From Massalongia carnosa (lineage: Eukaryota): DNA of 64,000 bases. Positions 13,229 through 25,056 of this stretch are shown piece after piece; position 1 is the first letter of the stretch; each line of letters opens with the position of its first letter. A program made the position numbers and the translations under genes. The notes beneath the pieces are model-generated. The model did no database searches and was not told where the DNA came from. It saw nothing but the letters and a program-made list of their open reading frames with translations. Location: NCBI GenBank assembly GCA_965645245.1, contig OZ287067.1, forward strand, positions 3,534,001 through 3,598,000, read 5' to 3'.

Positions 13229-13583
13229 ACTTACCTCATTAGCTTCATTTCTCAGGTTGGGCCCTGGCACCGCTAACTCCTTTGAAAGGGGGCATGTAGC
13301 TTGTTTGAGAAAATAGGGGTTCTGATATCAAGAGAGGAATACTGGTATCAAGAGGGGGGTTTACTGGTATAAAGAGGGGGGTACTGGTATTAAAAGGGGG
13401 GTGTTGATAGTAATTCCCTTCTTATTATCCCACCCTTTCTTATTTACCCCCTCCGTCATCCTTTTCTATTCACCTCTCCCCTTTCTTATTATTCTTTATC
13501 TTCCTTCCTGATTAAGAAGTAGGCATCTTTAAAAAAAGGTTAGCTAGTTCAAAATCGAAGTTTAAATCAACTTACCACTTCTT

Positions 13584-14616
13584 TTAAGTCTTCTCCAACT
13601 GAATTTGTAGCCTCATCATCTTTTCCTCGTGTTGCATTCTACTTATGGCAATCATTTCTTCCTGTTTGAGACAAATCTCTTTATGATTTTGATCTCTTTG
13701 ACTGGTTTCAGCATCAAACCGCTTTTGAAGTTGACTTTGTTCGAATTCAAAGTGTTTACTGAAGTCATTGGACTTCATGATCTGCACCTCAACCAAGGCG
13801 TCTGCCACGGATCGGACTTTTTCCCGTCTGAATCCTCGTTTGGTAATGACTTTTGATCGCGTGTCATCACTGTCCGAATCTATCTCCAAAGGTCGTTTAC
13901 GATGGCCACGACTAGGTGTAGGTGTAATTTGTTCAGTACCAGAGTCAGGTGTGACTTTTTTATTCCTGAGTGCATACTTTTCTTTGGCACGTTTAACCAA
14001 ATCAGTCTTTGATTTTGAGATATCATCTTCTAGCCAATGACCAGCTTCAGATAACTGCCTATTCATGTCGCTATCACCGTCTCGAGCCCGTTTTTCATAG
14101 TCCTCCTCATCGATGTTTTCAACTTCCGTATCTTCCGCATCTTCTTTTCCTTCAGCGGTACCAGGTCTTTCGGACTCCATTATTGTAGGATGGAGTGATA
14201 GTGGGAAGATCTCCCATAATCTCTTCCAACTCGTAGTAGAAAGGGCATTTCTTAATCAAGACCTCCTTGATGGTTATTCCCCGCGTGTTTTCCGCCACTA
14301 CCTCATGTTTTGTTAGATCTACCCCCCATCCCGTCTGATCCGCGAGGGCCCTGGTTTCTTTGAAAGATTTAATCATTTGGGCGACTTTATCTCTGGCTTT
14401 TTCCTTGGATACATCGGGTCGTTGAGCATTCAGTCCAGACTCCAACAGCATTCTTCTACAAGCTTCTACCTTGTTTCCTTTTTGATAGAGATTGAGATTG
14501 ACGGAAATACCCTGATCGTCTCTGATACAAAGCCATTGAATGACTAGTTGAGTGTCTTCATCTTTCCAAAGGATATTGGGACCTCGAGATCGAGTTGGAA
14601 GAGTGATGGACGTCAT
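13584..14616 (-). pseudogene. Harbinger ORF2, Myb/SANT-like DNA-binding accessory protein, frameshifted
   Basis: N-terminal W..EDT..LVIQWL and CPFYYELEEIMG segment, acidic middle and coiled-coil tail. Frameshift near 14180. Lies inside the TIRs opposite the transposase. Confidence 0.75.
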
Positions 14617-14697
14617 GTTTAATGATTAGGAATGATCAAGATGAGATGATAATAATTGAGTTAAAATAAACCAGCTAAGATAACCTAAATAACGTGA

Positions 14698-14803
14698 CTC
14701 AGCCCTACTTTTCGAAAATTAAAACCTGAAAACCTGAAATTCCGGTCTCATGAGTCCGGAATTTCAGGTTTTCAGGTTTTAATTTTCGAAAAGTAGGGCT
14801 GAG
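14698..14803. repeat. 106-bp near-perfect palindrome
   Basis: Two 53-bp arms centred at 14750/14751 with one mismatched pair. Confidence 0.95.
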
Positions 14804-14925
14804 AATTTATACCTAAATAGGTTTAATGTGCTTACATAAAAAACCTGAAAACCTGGCCAAAAAAACTCAACCGTGAAAACCCCTAATATTAAAGGTACAG
14901 GCAGCCAGCCCTCTGTATAAATTTA

Positions 14926-17564
14926 GGGAACGGATAACAGGACACCACTTTTGGTTAGATAAACACCACCTCCGGTTAGGTAAACACCACCTCCGGTTAG
15001 GTAAACACCGCTAGCCCAGGTAGGGTATATTCCTCGGCCCCGCCCGCCTCTTCCCCTTTTAGGTCTAGCGGTTGAAACTCCCACATTCTACCTGCATCTC
15101 ATCCTTGCACTCATATTTCACATTTGATCTGCAGGCACCCTGCCGCCGCCACGTCGTCATGCCGCTTCGACCTCCCGAAGATAGTCAATCCTTTGCCTCA
15201 CTAGAAGACCTGTTGCTTAGAGTCAATGAGCATGCCGCCCCCGAAGGCTACGCCGTGGTGCTTCTTCGAACCAAGAAAACCAAGCTGGGAGTGAGAAATA
15301 AAGCTTGGTTAAAATGCGACCGAGGTGGAAAAGTCAGAGAACCGCAGGGTCAGGATCGTCGGCACACCAGCAGTCGACTAATTGCTTGTCCATTTGCCCT
15401 GACAGCCAAAATGGACGACGAGGTGTGGTTTTTGGAGGTGGTAAATGGGACACACAATCATCCGTCCAGTCTTGCTGGCTCTCATCCTGCCTTGAGAAAA
15501 ATCGCTCTGACCGGTGTAAAGGATGACGTTACCAGACAGTTAACAGTACAAACGTCGGCGTCAAAGGTTTTGTCTAGTCTGCGTGTTCCCGATGTGAATG
15601 CAGATCTCAGTCCTCATGATCCCAATGCCGAGATCATTGTGAATCCGATGTTTAAACCTCGGGACATCTACAACTTAAAGGCGCAGATGAGACGTGATGT
15701 CTTGGGACCATTGACTCCTATTCAGGCATTGATTCGTGAGTTTGACGAAAAGGATTGGGTGTACAACTTTCAACAAGACATTCATCAGCAGATTACGCAT
15801 CTCTTCTTCATCAAGGGCAGTTCCAAAACTCTTCTGATAGATAATCATGAAGTTCTCATTATGGATTGCACGTACAAGACCAATCGATACAAAATGCCTC
15901 TTCTCGTCATCAGCGGACAAACCGCGCTACATACTACCTTTTATGTCGCCTTTTGCTTTCTGATCACGGAGACAGCAGAGGACTACATCTGGGCTTTACA
16001 GCAATTGAAGGAGGTGTATTCTCGATGGAACTTCCTGATTCGATTATTCTCGTGTCCGACATGGAGAAAGGATTAATGTTGGCATCTTCCATAGTCTTTC
16101 CAAATATCAATCATTTGCTATGCATCTGGCACATCAATCAGAATGTGTTGACAAAGTGCAAAAAATCTTTCGACAATGAGGAATGGAAGATCTTTTTGTC
16201 AGATTGGAAATCAGTGATCTATGCAGCAACCGAGCCTCAATTTTGGAAGCTATGGGAGCAGTTTTCTGCTACCTATATGACTTCTCATGAAGATTGTATT
16301 CGATATTTGAAGTCCACCTACATTGATAATCATCGCGATCGCTTCGTGGCATGCTACACCAACAAGGTGCTGCATTTTGAGACAACGGTAACGTCGCGAG
16401 GGGAAGGCGCACATGCAGTATTAAAACGTCAATTAGGATCATCGACCGGAGATTTGAAGCTGGTAGTTGACGGCATTAATCTGCTACTAAAAAATCAGTA
16501 TCATGATCATCTGATTGCTTTTGAAGAAGCCAGAACACGTTTTCCACTTCATCTTCGCAAAGTTATCTTTCAGCAACTGAGAGCATTTATCAGTCCCTAT
16601 GCCCTGAAAAAGATTCTACACCAATACGAGTTATTAACAGGAAGACCGACTGTTATTCCAGCTTGTACCAACGTCTTCACTACCATCACCGGCTTGCCTT
16701 GTAGTCATCTGATTCAGCAACGAGTATTCGAGAATGAAGGAAGTCTGAAATTGGAAGATGTGCACCCGCATTGGAAGTAGGTTATTGTCATCTGATCGAT
16801 GGTCAGCGATCAGCTACTAACAACAGTTCAAGGTTGGAAAAGCGCGCCCCTCTGATTGCTTTGATTAATCCTCTTCTTCTAGTGAGGGAACCGGAGATAG
16901 CCCGACCTCGTGGTCGCCCTCAGGGAGCGGAAAACAGACGAGCGGAGGCATTTGACAATTCCACTCATCGATTACCATCGCAATTCGAACAGGTTGAAAT
17001 GGAAACAGCTGATGCAATAGCTCCGGAGGTGGAATGAGCTATTCATCGAGCCAATACTACACCAGGCAGGGTAGGACGTCGGGGGCGAGGGCGAGGGCGA
17101 GGACGAGGGGGAGGGAGAGGAGGGGGAGGGGGGATTGGTGAAAGAGCTGAGACAAACACAAGGACTGGCCGAGCTAGGGCTAGGGCTAGTCGAGGCAGAG
17201 CTGGTCGAGGAAGGGGAGACGGGATTGGCGGGGATGCAGCAGATGGAATTGGCGGGGATGCAGTGAATGCGGCTCCAATCAACTGATTTGCATTACTAAG
17301 CTTCAAATAAAGGGTGCGATTCATGAAGACAGTGCCAATCGACAAATCCAATGTCTAGTAATCGATAGTTGAAAGCTGAATTGAATTTTTTCTTGAGGTG
17401 TCAATGTTGGGATGTGGACTGCTAGACCTAAAAGGGGAAGAAGGCGGACGGGGCCGAGGAATCTACCCTACCTGAGCTAGCGGTGTTTACCTAACCGGAG
17501 GTGGTGTTTATCTAACCGGAGGTGGTGTTTATCTAACCAAAGTGGTGTCCTGTTATCCGTTCCC
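14926..17564 (+). mobile_element. Inner MULE (Mutator-like) transposon
   Basis: About 143-bp TIRs (14926-15068, 17421-17564) and 8-bp TSD TAAATTTA (14918-14925, 17565-17572). Confidence 0.93.
15159..17286 (+). pseudogene. MULE transposase (FAR1-like N-terminus, DDE, SWIM-like, GR-rich tail), disrupted
   Basis: Motifs MDCTYKTNRYKMPLL, VSDMEKGL, LCIWHINQN, TSRGEGAH, GLPCSH. Frameshift near 16020, probable intron ~16778-16830, stop at 17035. Confidence 0.9.
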
Positions 17565-17624
17565 TAAATTTATCACTATGACAGGTAGACCGCCTTTCTT
17601 CTCTCCCTTATCTTTTTCTTTGCT

Positions 17625-20600
17625 ATGGCCCTCACATCAACGTCCCTGCATGCACGTTTGCAAAGGGCTATAGCGAGTTTACCGTCGTCTCATCGTCTTC
17701 CTCCGAGTGAGAGTGAAATCTCTATCTCCTGGGAGGAGGGAAAAACCCGCCTTCAGAATTATGCCTTTACTCAAGGCTTTGTATTGGTCACAGAGACTGA
17801 GTAATGATAAGAAGAATCATCTCGTTATACTAGATTGCACCCGTCATCACAAAAGAGAAAGAAACACTAGAAAGCTAGAGGAGAAGGACCGTGTACGAAA
17901 AAACACGAAGGTCTCGTTCAACGAGTGCAAATATCGACTAAGACTGAAGCAAAATAAAGACGAATCGTGGAGATTAATCATCATCAATCCTGATCACAAT
18001 CACGAGATGGCTACAGACCCCTTCGGTTTCAAAGAGCATCGTAGCCAAGACCTTGATCGAGCAACTGCCCTAGATCAAGCAAAAAGTCTCCGTGATGCAT
18101 CAACTAGATACGGTCAAGCATCTCGCGTTTTGGGAATGACTGGCCTGCGCCTTTCGAAGAAGGACTATTACAACCTGGCTCGATCCCAGGGCAAACATAC
18201 ACCTGAAGAAGAGTTGACCTATGCACTTGGATTTCTAGAAGTAGAAGGGTTTCATGTACGGACTTTGGAGAAATATCTCGTTGAAAACAATACTCCCCGA
18301 AGACGTGTTGTTGAACATTTCTTTTTCTGTAACGCTGAACAGATCCGACTGACTAGATGATTCGTCAGTGGATTTTTGATAGAAACGGATGCTACGTTCA
18401 ATATAAATCAGTTGAACTTACCTCTATCGGTATTGGTTGGCATCACCAACACAAATCAGACTTTCCCCGCGGCCTATTGTTATATAACTTCTGAATCGGC
18501 TGAGTGCTTTACGTTTCTATTTGATTGTATGAAAGATCTCTATTTTCATGATACATGTCCTGGTCCTAGGGTCATCCTCGGAGACTTCGCCGCTGGATTG
18601 ACTGCAGCGATGCATAAAAAACGGGCTAAGGAAATAAACCCGGATGCAGCAATGACCGTTGCATGGCAAGTCGCCCAATAAATAAACGAAACCGACCCTG
18701 ATTGTGTGTTGCAATTATGCACGTGGCACGCAGCGGAGGCAATCAAGAAACGCCTGATCAGGGCGGGTTCATATCCTTTAGAAGTACGGAAAGAGCTGCA
18801 TGAATTGATATGGGAGTGGATTAAAACTCCTACCGTTGAACAGCTGGATGAGAAGAGAAACGCGTTGATATTGAAGCTTCATGCTTCAGAAAAGGTATGA
18901 AGCCATCAAAAAACATTAATAAGGGCTAACTCACTCCCATTTCCAGGAGTATTTTACTAGCTATTATCAACGTCAGGAGTGTCAGTTTGTTTCCGCATAC
19001 ACCAGAAAGTTCCCTAATTTAGGTACACATAGCACACAAAGGGTGGAAGGTTTGCATCCGTTGGTAAAGAATGTGACAAATAAGCATACACCTATTAAGG
19101 ACTCAGTGCGGAAAATATGCGAAACAGTGCAAAGGGTTCAGTTTGACTACGAAATATCAACCAATCATCAACGAATCAACAACCCCCGGCTAATGGATAG
19201 AAGTGCGTTCAAAGACCTTATAGGTTTAATAACTCATCATGCTATTGACCTCATATCTAGATAGATAGTTGGATGCAGCTAAACTTTTAGCCGAAGATTT
19301 CAATCAACAGGTTTCTTTTGGAGTTGAAGGGACTGCATTAATCGAACCAACCGGTGAGGATTGTATGTATGATTGTGATTTGCCTCCACGATACGGTCTT
19401 CCGTGCAGATGCTGGTTGTATCGTTGCGTCATTGATGTTATCCCCATACCTATCTCCCTCATTCATCCCCGCTGGTTTTTCGATGGCCCGCCTTTTGTGG
19501 TCTCGTGGAGCATGGTTTTCGACCCCACCATAAATTTCGCTGAGATGTTTCGGAGAGCAGCTCACAGGAAGACCACAGAAGAGCAGGATGAGGAGGCGGA
19601 TGAGTGGGGGGATGCTCAACAAAGACAAGAATCTGAGCCGGAGGAGGAGATCGAGAAGGCAGTTGACAATAATACTGGGGATAGATTTCGTCGCGGGGTT
19701 GTTGATTTGCTGCATGCGGCCGCACATCAATCAATTGATTTTCATAAATCAATAGAAAATGTGCATAGAAGGGAGGGATACGCTCGTGAATTTGCCAAAT
19801 TCACTGCTATTTTCAATAAAAAATGGCAGGATAAGGAGCTGGCGAGGCCACTTATCCCTACAACTTTCCCCGACGAAATCCGACCAAAGGACAACCTCAT
19901 GTATAAAAAGAGTGGGAATCGCCGGCAGGCTTACACTGGCCGTGAGGCAGCTGAGGCAGATGAAGCTAAGCAGCGACGTGCTAAACGTAAGGACTTGTTA
20001 ACCGATTAGACCACACTAATTGGTAGGTGGCCTGCCAATATCACCACTAATAGAAGTGTCACTCGGTTAGCAAGTGTTGCACTTAGTGAATGGATGGCTA
20101 CCGAGTACACACAAAAGGTGATGGGATAAGATAAAATAGATATTTAGCTAGAGATGATTTCTATCATCAATAACCATCCTAAATAAACTAGATCAATTTA
20201 TTAAATCCAAAACGAGTCTCTTTTAGAACGTAAACCTACCTAAAAAATAAGCTGGAAAGCTTACGCATATCTAAGCGATAACCAGCTTGATAGGACTCGA
20301 TTGAAGAAGGGAGGAGAAGAAGGCATGAGGATGAATTGCGGGCAGGCGGTGAAGACAAGGGTATGATTGATGATAAAAAACCCACGATATCAGCAAATCG
20401 ATCGATGTAGCGCGGCTAATATTCGGTATATATTCCGGAGATGCTATCATCGTATCTGACGACGATGCCCTGCAATATATAGCAACTCAGCCTACCCCCG
20501 ATCCTCCACTCTCTCTGAATGAGAATGATGATTTTATCCCTCCATCCCCGGCATCTTCTTCCGATTCATTTGAAGATACTGATGAAGTGCTGGCGAAACA

Positions 20601-20925
20601 TAGCCAAAAGGCTCTTTCCCAAACGGTTCCCTCTCCAAAAGCTCCTTCCCTTTATAGCCTCAGTCAAAAAAACATCCGCGCTAGCCAGCTACCATCCGCA
20701 TCGTCTGCAACAACAACACGAGGGTCACGGGGTGTGGTAGCCAAAAAATCGAAGGCTCAGTTGGAGTTGGAGTCTCAGCAGAGGGCCGACCAAGCGGCCA
20801 AACAAGCAAGGGCCGAGGAGAGGAAAAACGCAGCTGCAAGAAAGGTTGCTAAGACTATGAAGCCTAGAAAGGATAATGTTTCGCAATTGAGTGATGCATT
20901 TTCGGAATTGAGATCATCGCAATGA
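17625..20925 (+). pseudogene. MULE transposase of the outer element, decayed
   Basis: Motifs ETDATFNINQLNLPL, LGDFAAGL, LQLCTWHAAEAIKK, QRVEGLH, YGLPCRCW, with several stops and frameshifts and a solo LTR insertion. Confidence 0.88.
19996..20292. mobile_element. Solo LTR, 297 bp, decayed
   Basis: TGTTA...TGATA ends and TSD GGACT (19991-19995, 20293-20297). Removal restores the transposase frame RKDSIEEGRRRR. Confidence 0.8.
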
Positions 20926-22576
20926 GTGATAGGAGTTGTAGTTATAGTAGTAGTATGAATAGATGAGGATTTTTCAAAATGCGGGGCAAAGCTAAATCAG
21001 CTAGAGGAAGCTTGCCGAGAGACGGTGGACGTGCATATATTTAGTATGGGGAGGTGGCTTGTAGCTAGTCCTAAATTGCAATGATTTTCGCTGGGGGGAC
21101 GGTTGGGGGGGGACTGTCCCGAGTCTTCTCGCCATCTCTGCAGGACCATCCCCATATATCCTTTCCCTCCTTGGGCTTTATTTTGGACTAGAACTGCGAC
21201 ACCCGTTATCCATAAAATAAGAGAGAATGTGAACGAGATAATGGGAAATGTTTTATAGTAGTTACATAGCTTCTTAGCTGGTTGATGGCCTTCACGAAAG
21301 CATTCATATAAGATGAAAATCGATAGAGAGAGTGAAATGCAATCGATTACTAGTAGAGTGATTTGTGGTCAAGGTTTAGTATTTGCCCAGAATATATGAT
21401 TACCACGTGCTGATAGCGACTTTGTTGCATTTAAAATCGCAATAGTCTCGGAAAGCATAGAAAGGATGATAAGACTGCAGGTAAAACTGACTTCTTGTAG
21501 GATGAACTTTGCCACTCGAACACGGTTTTTTTATTCTTCAATTCTTCGTCTGCTTCTCTGCGTAACTCCGCCTGACCAAACATCTTGCGACCAGTCGCCA
21601 AATTGGTCGATTTCCTATGAGGGGTGCTAGGCAAAGCTTCTTGGAGTATAGGTCTAGCGCTCTAAGATGCGATAAAGGAATCGATAGAGAAGACAACCAA
21701 ATCACACGGAATTTTAGTGTTACAGTAAGAATCATCTTAGTTATAGACTAAAAAGCACATGCATATCAATTATAGATGTGTCAGCCAATTTAGTGGCCTA
21801 GATATTGTAGCTTACTGTAATCTATTAACCGAATCTCAACATTCCAAGAAACTTAGCAACTGAGAGAATTGAGGGGGGAATCATTTAAATGCAAGCAATT
21901 ATCACGTCAATTCCAAGTGTCTATCTAAAACGTAAATCATTCTCGAATTATCAAGAGCTTAGATCAATAAACAAAGCTCAATAAGATGTATAAACGAATG
22001 GAGCTGAACATGAGATGTTGATCGGCCATAGCGAGCTTTCCGCCTCGTAGGGGAGGAGGTTAAGGGTTGGCTAAAATTTCAAATAGATAATGTATAGCGA
22101 TTATTAATAACTAAGAAATTAACAGACAGTAAAGAAGAGATCAGAATTTTAACCGCATAGTAATGAGTCATGCTCATTGTGATCTTGTCTCTGTGCCTAC
22201 TAGTAGTATTCTCGAATGCACTCGGCTCGGCTCTTTGGCCGAGCGTCCTCTACGCTCAATTTTTCACTACTGGAGGGATCATTGAGTGAACATTCAGAAA
22301 TCCTTACGATTATTATGTCTACGTGATGCTGAAAACAATGCACAGGTAGAACTAGGCGCAATGAAAATGAAGTTCTTGAGTTCAAAAAGAATCACGGTAC
22401 ACAATTCTATTTTTGACTTAGAGACAACACCGAGAAATATGCCTTAGAATGCCCTCGAACGTAACCAGCAACAGGGCATCGAAGTAGGTGGGAAGGCGAT
22501 ATGGTAGGACTATATCGACTATTAGATCAGAGTTGAAATGTACTGCCACTGGCCACTGAAAGTTTGCAATAGTTCT

Positions 22577-23917
22577 CTATTGTTTACTCCTCAGCTCTTG
22601 TTCTTGATTTGCGAAAAAGTTGCTAGCAGTGCAATCGAAATGCTTAGCAATGAGCCGAACGTACGCTCCCATCCAATTGTCGTTGACATGCTTCTGGTGC
22701 GCTTTGTATTGGCTAAGACCCTGAACAACTCGCGCAGCATCCGAGAGCATAATATTCCAAATTTTGCGCCCTGTTGAGTTCATAAGATCCTCAATTTCCT
22801 TGATCATGTTGTTGTATTTCCTGATCAAGGGTTCCGTTCTCATGATGCGTTCAAGGATCATCGGTTTAGTTTCAACATGATCAAGCGGCTCTGGATCGAG
22901 TCCTGTCAGTACAGGAAATTGAGCAGCAACCTCGTATGAGGCAGTCATGATATCATCTAAGTCGATAATGTGAAAGTCTTCGTCTACAGGAAGGTTATGA
23001 GGGTCGAAGTCTCTGTTTATAAGACAGAAGAGAGCTGCAGGACTGTCACCGGAAATTCGGTCGCTGCCGGAGAGCTTCATCAAGTGATTGAAAATGACTG
23101 GGAGTGCGAAGGACGCACTGGTCAGGACCTCTAGGGCTGCGATGTTAACGCATACTTGAAGAGAATGATCAGCTACATCAGCAAAATAGTCTGACGACTG
23201 CGACCAAGGGCCTTTGTTCGTCTCGATATCTGGGCCTATGAAAAATTCGGCTGTGACTGAGTGCTGATTCAGACTTCCGATTCGGTCGAATGTGAAGAAC
23301 GTGAGGGTGGCTTGGACCGTGGCGATTTCTCGCCTGAAGCGCGAGTCTTGTTCCGGCGTGCCATAGAGGCCAAGGGCACAATATTTTGCAAGTCGCATCT
23401 CGGATGCCACGGTGTCATGAATATAATTCATCAAAATATATGAAGCGCCAATATCATTGTACGGCCCCGTGTTGTAATAGTGAACTAAAGGTACTGATAT
23501 GTTGATTTGACCCTGACTTGGATTAGCTTTCGTTCAAGCGGTACCCACTAGATCATTACTTGCCTGAGAAATTTGATGCCCGTTACATCCACTTCAAGAA
23601 TTCTCGCAACACTCGCAAACCTCTCTATCAGCAGGCACAGCGGAGATGGGCGGCATTCTAAGCCTGGCGATTCAGCTGACTTTGTCTTCGAAGATGATTC
23701 GCCGCATCATATTGAAGTGGCCAATAGAGAATTTATCGCTGAGTTTGCATGGAATTCCATGGCGAAGATGTGACGAAATAAAGAGAAGAGCGTGCCATTT
23801 GACTGCAGCAACAAACATGGAGGCTCGTTGATGGAATACATCGTCGGGCTGAGTGGCGTCGGCTTCAATCCAGGAATCGCTCTCCAAAACCATGATTGTC
23901 CCTGAAGCGGTGATCAT
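22577..23917 (-). pseudogene. APH/choline-kinase-like phosphotransferase pseudogene
   Basis: GHFNMMRRIIFED..IARLRMP N-lobe and degenerate catalytic region NRDFDPHNLPVDEDFHIIDLDD, with stops and frameshifts between the ORFs. Confidence 0.7.
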
Positions 23918-24036
23918 GACAAACTCAGAAGTTGAGGCAGATAATCAGTTGACTGGCGTACAAGTATTTGATGAAGATAGGATCGGGATGAAGAAGTGAA
24001 TTGGGGATCAAGAGTAAAAGTCCTGATCTAGTTATA

Positions 24037-24608
24037 CAGTCACGCGGTCGTAAAAAAAAAACGCAAAGTGCAAGCGAGAATACCCCATCAAAACATCAAA
24101 TTCACCCCTAATTCTCCTTTTTTTCACCTACATCATTTGCATTATCTATCTGAAATTTCAACTAATTACCAGTCATCGCATCCTCCACATCTACTACATC
24201 CTGATGCCTTCTAGGCATATCAAGTACCTGTTCATTGATAAGTTCCTGATTGACACTGGCCCACCCCTCACGAATCAACGCTTTCAATGAGGCATCATTC
24301 CAATGAGGGCACTTTCGTACATGCTGTTTTATGAAAAGCGAGTAGTTCTCAATAGAAGATAAGTCAGGAGATCAAGCGCAGTTGAAATAGTGTTCCAATT
24401 AATGCTTCTGTTTCCACGTTTTGACCGCGTTTCTCGTCTTACCCGTGCCATGACCTGAATCATCGTCTTCTTCTAAAACGAAGTCATCGTCACGATTCAA
24501 TCAGAACTTCACAACAAGCTCTAGTATAAAATCTATATAAACCTGATGCGTCATCTTGCCATTGCTGTTGCCCGGTACGTCATAAAAGTAGATATCTGAC
24601 TTGAAATT
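24037..24608 (-). mobile_element. Tc1/mariner-like transposase remnant (3' part)
   Basis: NFKSDIYFYDVPGNSNGKMT...YID.ILE, VLEEDDDSGHG, SPDLSSIEN. Probable terminus TA|CAGTC at 24037. Confidence 0.75.
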
Positions 24609-25056
24609 TGTCACGGAATCACTTCGCACCCTCCCGCTTGTCCTGATCGGGTTAGTATTTAACAGGGCCCATTGCTGTGAAACCTCACCCATCGTGCTCA
24701 GGCGTTCTTCTACCGCCCTCAGCGCACTATCAATCTCCTACTATCCGTATCCATCTCAACGTCTCCACTATCCAGGCTTATGACTGAGAGTGCTCAGCAC
24801 AGAGAAATTGCTTCAGCACAGATAAAGGCGGGATAGGTCAAAGCAATCATGTTAAGGAAATTAGTATAGGAACAGAGATGGGGCAAGTCGAGAATAGGAG
24901 AGTTGAAAGCCATGGCTATAAAGTCTATGTGGTTTCCCAGGTGTTTAGAGCTCTTCATCGGACGTCTTGTGTATATTCTCAACTTCTAGTTTTAGCATAT
25001 CTAGATATCCGTTCTGCAAGATACAGTCTTGTATCTCTCCAGCCCTTCCCCTGACA
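24609..25056 (+). mobile_element. Solo LTR related to the 490-bp LTRs of 25237-37287; flanks do not match
   Basis: TGTCA...TGACA ends and clear similarity to 25237-25726. Left flank AAATT differs from right flank AGAAT. Confidence 0.88.

Larger units (their letters stand above)
10627..14884 (+). mobile_element. PIF/Harbinger-superfamily DNA transposon with two convergent ORFs
   Basis: TIR AGGGGTTTTCACGGTTGA / TCAACCGTGAAAACCCCT, 3-bp TSD AAT (10624-10626, 14885-14887), subterminal TTTCAGG repeats, DDE transposase plus a second ORF. Confidence 0.9.
10523..21130 (+). mobile_element. Outer Mutator-like element (MULE) hosting a Harbinger, a second MULE and a solo LTR
   Basis: About 80-90-bp imperfect TIRs (GAGAAGACTCGGGA...CCCCATACTAAATA at 10523-10602, inverted at 21038-21130) enclosing a decayed MULE transposase at 17625-20925. 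No matching TSD seen. Confidence 0.75.

Noticed and set aside
17043..17351. Pro/Arg-rich minus-strand ORF
   Set aside because: Antisense of the GR-rich MULE transposase tail.
21140..22500. Short ORFs in decayed AT-rich DNA
   Set aside because: Too degenerate to assign.
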